Shown here piece by piece: positions 1-12,500 of a stretch of DNA of 64,000 nt. Position numbers and translations under genes: made by a program. The stretch's first letter is position 1; each line of letters opens with the position of its first letter. The notes under the pieces were generated by a model. That model did not search any database, had not been told where the DNA came from, and was given only the letters and a program-made list of their open reading frames with translations. Origin of the DNA: Ramazzottius varieornatus (Eukaryota; Animalia; Tardigrada); assembly GCA_001949185.1 (NCBI GenBank), contig BDGG01000002.1, forward strand, positions 558,001 through 622,000. The letters are read 5' to 3'.

Positions 1-606
1 ATCACGTCCACTTCCCTGGTGGCCGCCACGTCCACTGCCACGTCCACCGCCCCGTCCAGCGCCATGGCCGCCCCCTCGACCAGCACCGCGTCCGTCAGAG
101 CGGCCATAAGCACCGCCACGCCCACCGTAGCCCCGACCTCGGTTTCTGTTTGAGTTACAGTGGTAAGGCGGTTGATTGCCGAGGCGACGGTGATCGAAGG
201 GCTTGCGCGGTGGGCCGATCGACCCCAAGTTGATCTTCACATCCGGTCGACCTGTACCGACGGGGCTGTTGATAACCGCTGATGCATGGTAGGAGCTGGC
301 TTGAGAGACGCGAAGGCTGGACGGCTGGATGGCCGGAGCGCCAGGGTTGATGGATGGAGCAGCTGGTTGGGTCGCTGCAGTGGCTAGTTGGTTCGCTGTC
401 ATCCCCTGTAGGATCAACCACTCATCGGCTGTGAATCTCGGTTGAGCGAGAGTTCCCAGCAGAGGCGTACCCGCTGAGGGACCGGGGGAAAAGCAAAACG
501 GGGGTCCTAGCGGGAAACCCATAAGAAATCCCGTGGTCAGTCCGGGCATTTGGTAAGGAGCATAGGCTCCAGTCATTCCTCCAAATATGCTGAAGGGGAA
601 ATTCAT
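1..606 (-). CDS. Partial Pro/Ala-rich, RGG/GR-rich low-complexity protein (runs off window start)
   Basis: Open minus-strand frame from ATG 606 to base 1 with no stop: MNFPFSIFGG...NRGRGYGGRGGAYGRSDGRGAGRGGGHGAGRGGGRGSGRGG. Preceded by an acceptor-like ttttcag ending at 610. Absent from the ORF track because the stop lies outside the window. Confidence 0.55.
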   Translation of the reverse strand, partial: MNFPFSIFGGMTGAYAPYQMPGLTTGFLMGFPLGPPFCFSPGPSAGTPLLGTLAQPRFTADEWLILQGMTANQLATAATQPAAPSINPGAPAIQPSSLRVSQASSYHASAVINSPVGTGRPDVKINLGSIGPPRKPFDHRRLGNQPPYHCNSNRNRGRGYGGRGGAYGRSDGRGAGRGGGHGAGRGGGRGSGRGGHQGSGRD

Positions 607-1296
607 AATCTGAAAATAGCATTTGGTTACTTCCTATGTCCGGTCATCTGGTCAGGAAGTATGGAACAGGAACAACGAGAGAACTATTCTTAATTGGGCA
701 ATCAAGATTGTCAATGTCAGGAACTCTTCTTACCGATTGGTCACTTACAGATATTCTTTAACTTCAAGCCCGTTCCCTATGGCGTCATCTGGCCACGCCT
801 CACTCTTCTACTCTGCCGCTAGGCCTGCTGGATATCAAGGTCAAATCTTTCAATCAATCAACCATTTGGCCTAGAAACCGAGATCCTTCTGTTGGTTCTT
901 GATTGTCTAATCAGACAACCTGGTTCTCAAATTTTCATCTCTCCATTTTCCAACTCTGACTCGTAATCAATCATCATCCGTTTCATCTCGTCCCGGGACG
1001 GTCTCCTAACAGAAGTCAGGGTTATCCCACCTTGTTCTGCGTGTTTTAAGGAACTCAAGAATGGGCAAGGAGCCGTAGAAGAAGGTACACTGGAAGGCGT
1101 ACCTCGGTAAACTTGCGCAGCCTTGATAACCAACGGTTAATGTTGTTCCATGTTTGTCCATATTTCTCGCCAGTAAAAAGTTGTTTGGTTCTAGTTTTGA
1201 GGCTTTTTCGACGAGTAATGGATGAGTGAAGACTAGCCAGCACGAACTGATACCGTCTTCTTTATCCTGAATATTGTGGGGAATTTACTGCCAGAG

Positions 1297-3540
1297 ATGC
1301 CGTCTGTGATCCGTTTGTTGACATTCTTTCTCCTCCTTAATCTCTCCTGCGCCTATCACTACCCTTCAGCTCAAGGCAGCTACGAGTTTGAAGCTCCAAA
1401 GGCCGAAGACAGTCCTCCAGCCGGCGGTTACGGTAACCCCCACCGCGAAGAATGGGCCACGTCGGGGACGAAGCCCATCCAAGTGGAGGCGTCTCGCAGT
1501 AAAGCCCTCAAGACGTTCTGCTGGCCCGGCTTCCGGAAGGACATTCGACGGACATGGTACACCGCTTTCTTTCTCCTGAACATCACCGACGACAGCTTCC
1601 ACCTGTACAAAGGCACGACGACGGAAGAAGTGCAGTATCAGTTCAAAAGCTCGTCGCGCTTTTTCGCCCTGCCGTGGAGGGAGAAAGTAATCAAGCTCAA
1701 CGGCTTCTCCCCCACCTGCCTCGGTGTCTACACCAACAAAGCTTACAGTGTTACTTTGCAGCTGAAACATTTGGATTACGTCAGGTAAAAACCGAAGGAA
1801 GACGAAAAGACGGAAGAAAAGTTGTAGATTTTCTGTATTTTTACGGTTTTTAGTATTTTCACCCATATGAGCCGATTACTACAAAAACCAGACGCCTGAC
1901 ATCATGAACCAATTCGGATGGGCTAGGGTTGACTTGTCGTCCGTGCAAGCCGCTCATGACGTCATTATTGCGTTTCGGCCACACGGGTGGTGTGGGTGTT
2001 GCATTTGAACGTGTGAGTTTCGTCCAACTGAAATGAGTTTATGATGTCATGTTGCATGGTCTCCTAGCTTTACGTTTTGTGACACAATGGGTGTGATTCT
2101 AATAGACAGTGGGCTTTCGCTATGACGACCTCGGTGATCATTTGTAGATTTCTCTTTCAGGTTGGCAGCGTTCGTCGTTGGTGTTCTTCTCATCCTGTTC
2201 GCCAGGAGGATGAGTCGCGACACATACTTCCATTACGGATCGGGTGTCGGTATCGCCTTGGTGGGATCTCTCCTCGTGCTGATATTCCTCATCAGCCGCA
2301 TGATCCCGCGCCGAGCAGCTGGAGTGTCATTCCTAGTCGGTGGATGGGCAGTGGTCCTGTACTTCTTCCAGACCTTGTGGAAGAACTTTCGAGAAACACT
2401 GCTGCAGCACAGGCAATACGTGCTTGTATATGTGGCCACAGTGTCGGTCTTGACGTGCCTCTTGGTCTACCGATTTGGCGGTGTGCAGAACCGAAGAACC
2501 ATGGACATTCTCCAATGGGGCCTCCAAATTTTAGGTGGGATAAAAGCTTCCGTACCGGCAGTTTGCTTGTACTGTTTTTTATTGACTGCTTCTGGTTAAT
2601 TTCGGACAATTTCGGTCACTTTTTTGATCGACAGATTCGACAAAAGGATTCTTCTGAGTGGCACATTCGTCAAGCTGACAACACGGAAAGCGTGAGCCAC
2701 TTGAAAACAATCTCGACAAGATCGCTTCTCCAACTGGCGCACGCCTTAAGCCAGTATCACTGGTAGAGTGCGCCAATTGAGACAACGATCATCTCGACAA
2801 GGTTGCTTTTCTGAAGCGGCGCATGCTTTCAGCCGGTAGCATCAGAAAAGTGCGCCACTTGGGAAAACAGTAATGTCGAGTTTCTCTGCCGAGTTCCCAT
2901 ATTTTGATTATTTTGACTTTTTGCTTCGCTGAAGTTGTTTGGTTGTTTTTTAGGTGCGGCGCTTATCTACTTCAGCTGCACGATCGAAGCCGTCGGCATC
3001 ATCTTGGTTGTTCTCATCATCGCCCTCGACATGTTCCTTCACAGTGGCTACAACTTTCGCCGATACGCCTTGCTGAACAAGCTGTTTCCTCCCAAGCCAC
3101 CTAGGCTTCTGACACCGCAAGAGTTTGAAGAAGTGGGGCGACGCGAAACTGAGAAGGCCTTACAGCAGCTGCGCCAGTATTGTAACAGCCCAGAGTGTAA
3201 GCAGTGGAAGCTGGTCAAGAAGCTCAATACCCCGTCGCGTTTCAGTTCTTTTGTTGAAGATGGGTTCCATTTGACGAGTGATGAAGTGGAGGCCTATGAG
3301 AGGGTGTCGTCCTTCGAAGCGGTGGATGATGTCGATGACGATGACGATAGTGAGCATGCGCCGCTTGTGCAGAAAACACCACGAAGATACTTCCCTGGCC
3401 ATCCGAACGGCTTTGGAGCGGCACAGAGGAATGGCAGCGGGGGTGTGCGGACTACGCCCAGGTTTAATCGTAGCGCCAACAATAGAAGATCGGTTACTCC
3501 TTTAAACAGGAATGGTGGAGAACCGATGGATTACGAGTAG
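1297..3540 (+). CDS. NEMP1: Nuclear envelope integral membrane protein (NEMP1/TMEM194 family), 3 exons: 1297-1784, 2161-2534, 2954-3540
   Basis: Signal peptide and multiple TM helices. C-terminal RLLTPQEFEEVGRRETEKALQQLRQYCNSPECKQWKLVKKLNTPSRFSSFVEDGFHLTSDEV matches the NEMP motif. GT-AG junctions keep frame. Confidence 0.93.
1897..2049. repeat. Small inverted-repeat (MITE-like) element in NEMP1 intron 1
   Basis: tgacatcatgaaccaattc ... gaaatgagtttatgatgtca are imperfect inverted repeats about 150 bp apart. Confidence 0.45.
2620..2901. repeat. GTGGCGCAC-N25-GTGCGCCAC palindromic family, 3-unit array (NEMP1 intron 2)
   Basis: Units near 2657, 2735 and 2817, each with a 25-bp spacer. Ends in the family terminus gccgagttcccat. 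Confidence 0.85.
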
Positions 3541-3804
3541 ATGCTTCCACTGTTTTTTCCTGCTGTTAGTTTTCAGACACTTGGAGACATTTTCTTGCTT
3601 CTGAGAATGTTTCTTCTAGCCAACGCGTCCGTTATCTTTCTCGCATTTGAGTGCAGTACTTATGAAAATCTTTACGCGTGAAATTTTTTTTTCCAGTTTC
3701 TCGATTGTACTTCAGTTGGGCGAGAAATCCACATTGTTTTGACTGGCTTTCGGTGCAACATTCCCTTCCGAAACAGGAGTGGTGCCGCCTGGCGCTTTGG
3801 CAGT

Positions 3805-6662
3805 TTAAGAAGTTGGGAGACTGTTGGAAAGACTACGAGCGGAAGCGCTTCGGGTGATGGGAGGCGTCATAGTGGGCGACGGAAGCGTGCTGTGAGTGCC
3901 TGAGGACGGCGAACTGCTTCCGGTGGTCACTTGACCTGAAGGTTTGTGTTTGGGCAAGACAAAGTTGATGTCGCCCAAATTGCGATCGGCCAGTCTGGCA
4001 CCGTCCAGTGATCGGGCGAAGTCGGAATCGCGGTAGTCGATCCAGTAGGTGTGGATAGGCTCACCGTGAAGCTCAAGTTCTTCTTCCCTGTTGGGCACGC
4101 AGACGTATCTGAGAGAGTTTGGGTGGCCATCTTGTGTAGGATCGAGGTACGAGTCTTTTCTTTCGAGGCTCTCGGTGGAGAGTACGGCGAAGATGGCGTT
4201 CTTTGAGTCTTCGGATATATGAACGCGTCCATGCATGCCGGCTGCCTCGACGCGCTCAACAACGTGAAGAGCATCACCCACCACACAATAGCGGTGCATC
4301 TGTGTAAACGAATTGCAAGCTGCAAATTTCAAGAGACGACACAATTGACGTTATGCCCCTCATGCACTTACGCCAACACCAGCAACTCCCGCTACGACAC
4401 TTCCGGTATGAACGCCGATGCGGATCTTCACCGTCTCGTCGGGAAAGTGTGGTATAGGGTAGTGTCTGATGTAGTCGCGAATAGCTAAAGAACAGTTGAC
4501 AATCTCCACTGCGTGGTCTGTCGGAGTTTGGAACTCGTGCTGGTTCGTTGCACCAGCGATGATCTGTAGAAAAAACATGTTCGCTGAGAAGCGCATCAAA
4601 GGCCAGATATCGATCGATGCGATGGGGGAAAGCCAAAGTCACTTACACAGTAGGCGTCGCCAATCGTTTCCAGTTTCCACACTTTGTAGTCATTGAGAAT
4701 GTCGTCGAACTTTGTGTACAGCTCGGTCAGCATGACTACGATCTCGTTGGGCGTACTTCGGCTGGACAAAGCCGTGAAGCCCTGGACGTCACTGAAGTAC
4801 ATGGAGACGGAGTCGTAGTACGTTGGCCTGACGAACTTTCGGAATTTCAGTTCATCAGCAATCTTCCTAGGTAGCATGGTATGCAACACTTGGTTGGTCT
4901 TCCTTCTTTCTTGCCGAAGATCCAAAGCTGCAAGTCACCAGCCATGGCGCTGCGCAATATCTAATGTGGCAAAAAACTGGTGCCCGTATGTAGTGCCCGT
5001 CATGTGAACAACGGCCCCAATTCGGGTCGGTTAATTTCGACGAATCTGGCTTCGGGACAACTCAATGGGTGCAGCGTACGTACGCGGCTTGCACAGCGGG
5101 TTGAGCCGTTACGTTAAGCTCACCATTGCCGTTCCCCAGCTATTTGCCACAATTGAATTTTCCAGCGCCATGGCTGCAAGTCACAAAAGGCGCAGCATGA
5201 ATGAAAAATTGCTTTCCTACTGTTTCGTACTGTCTGGCTTCGTAGTATTTTCTTCACAGATACGAAAACCGCAAGCTGAAAGGTGGGCTTTTGGACAGAT
5301 CACCCTACTTTTATCACGGTGCTCCAAGGCCGTCTCACGCACTTTCACCACGAAATGGCTGATAAAGCTGCGTATGGCATACGTGTTGATAAGTCCGCCT
5401 CCGACAGTGATCAACAGAAGTACGGCCGACCACGCACACTTGGCAAAATCGTCGGCTTCCTTGGTGGCCAGAGCTTTCAAACTGTCGACTATCATTTGAT
5501 CGACATGCTTGACCACACTGACCATCATGTTGGTCACTTCTTTGAAGTATCGGCTGGACAAGTCTTTTGAAGGCGGAAATGCAACTTTACCACGGTTTTG
5601 CTTGACAAAGACATCATGCAGTAGTTTTTCGGCTTCGACAACCACCGCTTCATTGTAGGTTGTCCTGTTGTTCTGCACATCTCGCAGGTATTTGCGAAAA
5701 TTAGGTGCCATGAAGAAGGCGCTGTTGTAGAGAAGGTCCTGATCGGCGATATAGCCCACCACTGAGGACCACAAGATGGCTTTATCAGTCCCGTTATTTC
5801 CGTCATCGTAGGCCGCACCTTCATGGAGGAATACAGCGCCCAGTGTTCGCTTATGGTTTAGAATACGATGGTACATAACAGCATAGTCTGCGTCGAGATA
5901 ATTGGGCCAGACGGAGAGGTACGAGTTTTTCAAGTAGATGTTACGAACTTGATCATACAGGTCAGTCGTCAGGGAGCGGTACCACTGCCATTGGGCCAGG
6001 ACTTCTTGCACTGGGCTGGCCATTGCTCGAATCTGCAGCGCAGACATGGTCAGTGCGTTGCGATGGTGCTGTAGAGTCTCTAGGAACTCATCGTAGTTGG
6101 TATAATTGAAACTTCTTGTCGTGGAAAACTGAGGATCTTGCCAGAGTAACGGAATCTTGATGGCTTCGTCTGTCTGCTTATCCTGCTTTTCTAGCGCAAT
6201 CAAGGTAGCTTCGTAGTTATCTCTACGGATGAAAGGAAAAGCACGGAGATGAGTTATTGACTTGGACCATCTAGTAATCACAGTTGCGAGGTCGTTCAAG
6301 AAAATGATGATCGTTCAAATTTCCTTCACTTACACACCATTACTAGTAAACTCAGTTGATCACCTGAAGCCGTCCATGACTGCAAGAACCATCTCCCCAC
6401 TTTCGTGGTTCAGCGTCATCGTCGCGTTGGCTATTACGTCCAATGTGGTGATTACTCTGGTCAGTTGCGCTGATCTTGCAACGGAGAACAATCCGAGCAG
6501 CATGTGACACAAACCCCAGGCAAACAAAATGCAGCCGGGGAAGAAAACTACGAAAAATGCCAGCAACTTCCGCTGCCGGGTTTTCTGCTTTTGCTCACGG
6601 ACAAACTCATGGTACTCATAATTTATCACGACACCTGCTCCAAAACTCTCCACGTTTTTCAT
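3805..6662 (-). CDS. NIT-domain transmembrane guanylyl cyclase-like protein, 5 exons (approx. 6662-6364, 6222-5309, 4927-4647, 4563-4372, 4299-3805)
   Basis: TM1, then a helical sensor region with NIT-like motifs (LNHESG, KQTDEAI, FLETLQHHR, WYRSL, KRTLGAVF), TM2 and a signalling helix (LRQERRKTNQVLHTMLP). Class III cyclase motifs follow: YFSDVQGFT, KLETIGDAY, IRIGVHTG, RYCVVGD, RVHIS. Junctions are in frame. Confidence 0.85.
5019..5168 (+). repeat. Dispersed ~150-bp repeat, copy 1 (cyclase intron)
   Basis: Shares tcgggtcggttaatt.gacgaatctggc...ttgagccgt...gttccccagct...ttttccagcg with 8752-8897. Confidence 0.7.
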
Positions 6663-8751
6663 TTTCAAAGGGATTTGTTGCAAAGATGTTTTATTAACGC
6701 GTCTGCGTTACTGACATATAAGAGCGAGGAATGAAACCACGTCACTAGGTAATATCCGTCTGTAACCAACAGATCAGTTGCACAATCGCACTCCAACGCA
6801 TCCGGTGAATTTGCTGCATGGAACAGAAGGCACTGATTCCTGAAGGATTTTTATTTTTGTATCCGGGGGGTAAGATGGATGTTCTTCCAGATCTTTCAAT
6901 GCAGTTCAACAGAGCATGCTTTGGAATCTATGAGTAAAATATGTTACAGGTTTCTGACGGCTGAGTACACTTTACCACCCGATCAAAATTTCATCAGGTG
7001 CGACAGTGCCGGCTTTGCTTGTGAGCGTGTGTTTGATAGATGGCCATGTCGAATGAGATTTGTAAGACGAATTTTATTTGCTGTGCCAAATACTGAAGCG
7101 ACACAAGAGTGCTCAAGCACATGCGAGAGACGACTTTCTGTCAAGAGCAATCTACATACCAAGCTAACTGAGTTCACTGATATTATACTCAGCACGGTGA
7201 AGACGTGCTATCAGCTGTCATTTTTCACACTCGGAGCGAGTCGTTCTGCATTTCGCTGCAAAGGCTCCTGATGCGGAGTTCCTATCTGCTTTCGGTTATC
7301 TCACTTCCCCGATTCAAATTTTCAACTCTCCGCATATTGTTTGGGAATAGAAACTCCCAGTTGATAGAGGTTAGTTTTATTCGGATGTCAACCAACCACT
7401 AGTGCATAGCGGCTTCAGTAATATGTAGACCAACTCCGGGAAAATTTCGATTTCCCATGCAAGTTCCTTATTTCTTGTTCAACGTTGAAACAAACCTTTC
7501 ACGCTACAGGAATGAAGCGAAACCCCAACATCGATTTGCGAGACAAGCTTGATGGAAAACCTCGAATGGAGTGTCTGACGTGTCTGAAATTCCTTTAAAA
7601 TTTCGTGAGTATTGCTCAGTAGTGAGCGAATCGTCAGTGATGAGTGAAGGAAAAATATCCAGTGACTAGTTTGGATAAGAAAGTCACAAGTTGTCTCGTT
7701 ATGAATGCCGAGAAAAGGGATTTTTTCGGTGAAGTGTACTCAGCCGTCAGAAACCTGTAAGGTATTCTACTCATAAATTCCAAAGCATGCTATGTTGAAC
7801 TGCATTGAAAGATCTGGAAGAATGTGGAAGTTTTTCTGATTGGTCAAAAGAATGATGACGTCGGTCCATCTTAACCCTCCCCCTTCCCCCCCCCCCCCGA
7901 TACAAAAATTAAAATCCTTCAGGAATCAGTGGACAGAAGGACACTGTTTATGGCTTCGAAGCAGTTGCGAAATATATTCCCCAAGTTTACAAAGTTTTAG
8001 TTGTGCAGCTCACTTGCCAGAATAGAAACGCACAGCTAAACTGGCGTCACTCAAAAATACTTCTGACCAGACTTCCGTTCCCGGTGGAATCTCCACCCCC
8101 TTCAAGCGATCGCCACACTTACTATGGTAAATAGGGCTTACGACGCCAATGCCTTGAAAAAGTCAGCCCACAGCGCTGAAAATCCAGAAAACTGCTCCTG
8201 CTCTAATGGCAAGCGTGTTCTCTGTGCTCATTCATTCCAAACTTTGAGTATTTCAAGAAACAGCACAGAGTTTGAGGGACACTTATCTCTGAGTTAAACA
8301 GCTTACGAACTGTGACTGTCTAGCCAGCTCAAGCGGGTACAGAAAACTGCGCAATAGCCAATGTGGAAAAAATTGTACCCGTATGTAGTAGGAGGAGGCG
8401 GCAGTGGAGTGGCCACCGCAGAATTTGGACGCCGGAGTGGCCGCACTACGAAAGTCCAAGCACCGTATGGTGGATTGACTGATCAAAATCAGCCGATTTG
8501 GTCAAAACAGGCTTTTCAACACTGGGGCGACTCTGCCTTCTCCCGCAGATCTCTGCTCAACGTTGCAAGCCTTGCTTCGCATTCCTTATGTCTGACAAAT
8601 CTGTTAACATGATTATCTATCGAATGAATGGAAAACGAAAAGATTGAAGGTGTGGCTGCTGAGGTCTAGCTGTGGCCACTTGACAGTCGTTTTCCCGCGG
8701 TGGCCACTCCACTGCCGAGCCCTTGTACCGGTCCAGTGACATTCGGCTCGG

Positions 8752-8897
8752 AATCGGGTCGGTTAATTTTGACGAATCTGGCCTCGCCCACGTGACGATT
8801 TCAATAGGTATGTACCCGGTTTGCATATCCGTTTGAGCCGTGACACCAGGCTTAACACTGCTGTTCCCCAGCTGTTGCCCCAGTAGTTTTTCCAGCG
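8752..8897 (+). repeat. Dispersed ~150-bp repeat, copy 2 (upstream of prominin)
   Basis: Colinear diverged match to 5019-5168. Confidence 0.7.
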
Positions 8898-9530
8898 GCA
8901 GGCCTGACGCATGATGATCAAACGTCTTATAGCTGATCTTTCCCGGTAGCGGGATGGACAGGAGCTGATCTCAACGCTCTGAAGAGTGCACGTTCTGTTT
9001 CCGCGCGAAACATAAAATATGGTCATTCGATTCGTCAAAAGATGAACCGGTATGCCGTCAGGCGATCAAAAGTACTCAGAAGAACAAAGGCGTCGGTAGA
9101 TAAGAAAGAGCCTGGATCCAAAGCAGGTTTCTGGACCCTGTTGCTGAAAGGGACCCACGCTCATATTTTGTGTTGTTACAATGTCAAAAGAACTACTGTA
9201 CGATTCCGGTGGTCAAGTTGTATATGTTACGACTGATGTGTAGTAGAGTCATCACCGGCAGGGAAGCATTTCAGACAATGTAGTACAAAGCTTGTTGTTG
9301 TCGTTGTACTCCCCTTTTGGGAACTGAAGTCGTCTGGGTAACAAGTGGCAATAGTGTTCCATCAGCAAGGACCACTTTGGTTTTGTAGCCGATTCTGAAC
9401 TTCTCACGGGCAGCGGACTCACCGCGACACCCTGCTAGTGATTTGTGTGCTGGGGAATTCCTGTGGAGAGTTGATTGCTTTGATAATCTGACTTGATCGC
9501 CACCTACGTCAGCCAACGTCAGCGTTCCGC

Positions 9531-12500
9531 ATGTATTATAACTGGATTTTCGCCATCGCGATATGGCATCTTGCTCCATTTTATTCATGTCAACCGGCAG
9601 CAACAACTCCGAAGCCGCTTCTGGGCTCAACGGTAATAAAATATCCTCCTGTCGTCAAGTCTGGAACAGGTATACGGCTGTACAACGTCACCAATGCAAA
9701 GAAGCCGGGGAAGCTATCCTTGGAAGGGTGGTACAAGATGGCCAGAAGCTTTATGGCAATGGTGCAGAAAGAACCCTTAAACTTACGTATGAAACAACAT
9801 TATAGCTTGACATGTGTTCCAATCATCACCTAAAGAAATAAGATGTTTGCATGGGATCGTTGTGCAAGGACCTCATACGTAACTCTAGCACTTGTACGGC
9901 GATTCCACGCAAAAGCGCCTAGCTGCCACAGCACATTTGCGCCAGGTACCTGTTGATTTTCAATCCCAGGCATCTCAGACTAGGATTGCCCACACCGCGT
10001 GCCAGTCTCACGGCTTGGACCGACAAAAATCCGCTTGGTGTGGTCGAACAACGGTTGACCTAACGAAGCCTATTGTTTCCGATTCAAATTTCTCTCCAAC
10101 CAGTCTTATTGTCATCTTTCCTTTTCAGATGAGCTTGCAAAAATCCAAAACAGTAGCCTTGGACCACTTACAGACAAGGTAACTACACAATCGTTAAGAA
10201 CAGCAAGCTTTCCAGTACACGTGCGGTGTACTGCATAGAAGAGATATCCATCTTCAACGAACTTAATTCGCTCTTGAGTTGACTACCTTCTCTTACTACT
10301 GTACGTTGTCGTGATTCATGAACGGACTCACTTATGGTATTTGTCTACCAGCGTGCGATTTCATTTTTGAGTGTGAAGAAGACGCTTAATACAACAGAAT
10401 TAGGATGCTTTTTTTGTGATGTGCAAATAAGCTATAGACATGTCATTATTCTTTTGTTGCAAACAGCGCGGCGGAGCAATGATGATTCTGTTAGCTATTG
10501 GCGGACTCTACGTGGTGACAATGATTGGATTGCTCATATATTTTCTCATGGCGCTCGGTGTACTGGAGCAGTCACCCATTCGATTTTATTCGAAAGGTGG
10601 AAAAGCTCTGCGAATATCATTAACAGTTGGCACCGTCCTTTTCACTGGCGGACTAATGTGCGTATGTCTGACTTTCTGGACACAGTGCGGTGGATTAATT
10701 GACCTTGTGCAATTTTCTGCTAATATTGATGATGATGCTTTATGTGATGGAGAGAAATGTCTGTTTTAGGGCCGGTAGCGCGCTAATGATTGTATCCAGC
10801 ACTGAGTACGCCGGCAGTCTTGCAACTACGACTGCAATGGTCGATGCGGCCTTCAGAGACCTCATGAGCTATGTCCTCAACACATACGATCAGATTTTTG
10901 ATGATAAGATTGGTATTGCGGAAAACGGGTTTCAAGTCATGCAGGCCAATTTGTCGGATCAAATGTCGGGTGAGCAGTCGATTGTTCAGCAAGCTGTATG
11001 GTTGACTCTGGCTAGTTGTCAGAATTTTTAAATTTCGATGCTCGATAGCGGCGAGATTTATCAACTCAATAAAACGACAGTGGAGCTCTGTGGATGCTCT
11101 TTCTTGATAAGTTGGTGTGCTAACCTTGAGGGATTCGGACCCAAGCTAATACAGCCTGCGGCAGGACACATCCGCTGTAAAAATTAACGAAGATTTATTT
11201 GCAGCACAAGGATCTATCATGCGAGCCAAAGTGAAGACCGCTGTTGAAAAGCAATCTTACATGTTGACTTTTAATCAAAGGCTGAAAGATTTTGACACAG
11301 GTACGAAGATGGGTTGGATTACAGTACAAAAGAAAATTCAGTGGAGTAGTCACTGCTGCAGTTTATGGCTACTAGTTTATGGCTACTAGCTACTAATGTA
11401 CCCACTTATAAAAAGTAGGTAGTGTCGCGATCGAACCATTAGAAGGGTAGATCCTCTCGTTTGATGCCGGCGTCAAAAGATGGACAAGAGCTGTTCCTAT
11501 TAGTGTGAAAACAGCAGCCGATTGAAAATCCGGAGAGAATAACTAGATGTTCGGATGTCATCCTTCCCCCTTGTCGCATCTGAGCTGGCCCCTTGTCGAT
11601 GGGTCTACTTAACCGCTTTATCCTAACTTTTTCATTCGTATCGGCGCTCGACGTCATAAGTACGACTAAGACTTCCTCCTCGCAACAGTCCACCAGCTGC
11701 AAAATCAATAATGTAGAAAACTGACACAGCCAGCGTAAGCAGAACGAGCACCTTACGGCCTGCTCCAGCTCCAGAGACAGCTGAATCGAAAAATTCACCT
11801 ACCCTGATTACTCCGGCGCACCATAACGTGTTAGGTCTGCCGGAAAAGTAGCGCGAACCTGAGTACATCCCAGGTCAACCGGCGCACCATAACGCCATAA
11901 GGGATACGGGACAGTCTGAGTCAATACGCACCATAGCGTTACAGCACACGCTCATGGTGCGCGGGAAGGTTGAGGTTTTTCAGATTTCCTTCTGGCAGTC
12001 AAAACGCCAGTGAACCGGGGTTTCCCTGTAACATGGTAATCTTCATCGTTTTGTTGCTACGTACTGTAGTAGTTTGCGCCACCCTAGTCAGCTGTCCACT
12101 CGGATGACTAGCACAAAGAACAAGCTCTTTCAGCTAGTTTACATCAGGTGCGCTCCGTTTTCCTCCGACCATTCCAGAAATGTCTGAAAAGTTTGTCGTC
12201 TCAATAGATGACTTTCGGCGAGATAACTTTTTTTGCAACCACCCTTTTTGACTTGAAATTGTAGGCAATATCAAGGGTCATCGAGTGATAGCTTCGCCAC
12301 CCGTCGCCACGGAGAGAAGTTTCACAAAACTGTTCGCCCTTTTGAGAACATTTTGCCGAAAAATCCAGGGGTGATTAGTAGCTGAAGCACCCCCACATGG
12401 GGTTTATTGTGAGAACGGATGCACAAGCACATTCGGGCTGTATAACGCCATTGTGACGTCAAAACTTTTGTCAGCCGGAACCTCAAATCACTTCAGACTT

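Noticed and set aside
640-1243. Coding-like composition upstream of the RGG ORF
   Set aside because: Stops in all minus frames, and no convincing splice path or family motif could be established.
1366-1866. Long antisense ORFs over real exons (also 33601-34008, 54037-54723, 57050-57511)
   Set aside because: Shadow frames of GC-rich coding exons on the opposite strand with no independent motifs.
8763-9038. ORF containing WKNYWGNSWG, resembling the papain KNSWG motif
   Set aside because: It lies in a dispersed repeat whose other copy has an in-frame stop, and no catalytic Cys/His motifs are nearby.
12019-12041. Possible RFX X-box (gtttccctgtaac)
   Set aside because: Poor fit to the GTNRCC-N0-3-RGYAAC consensus and located in a repeat-like stretch deep in an intron.
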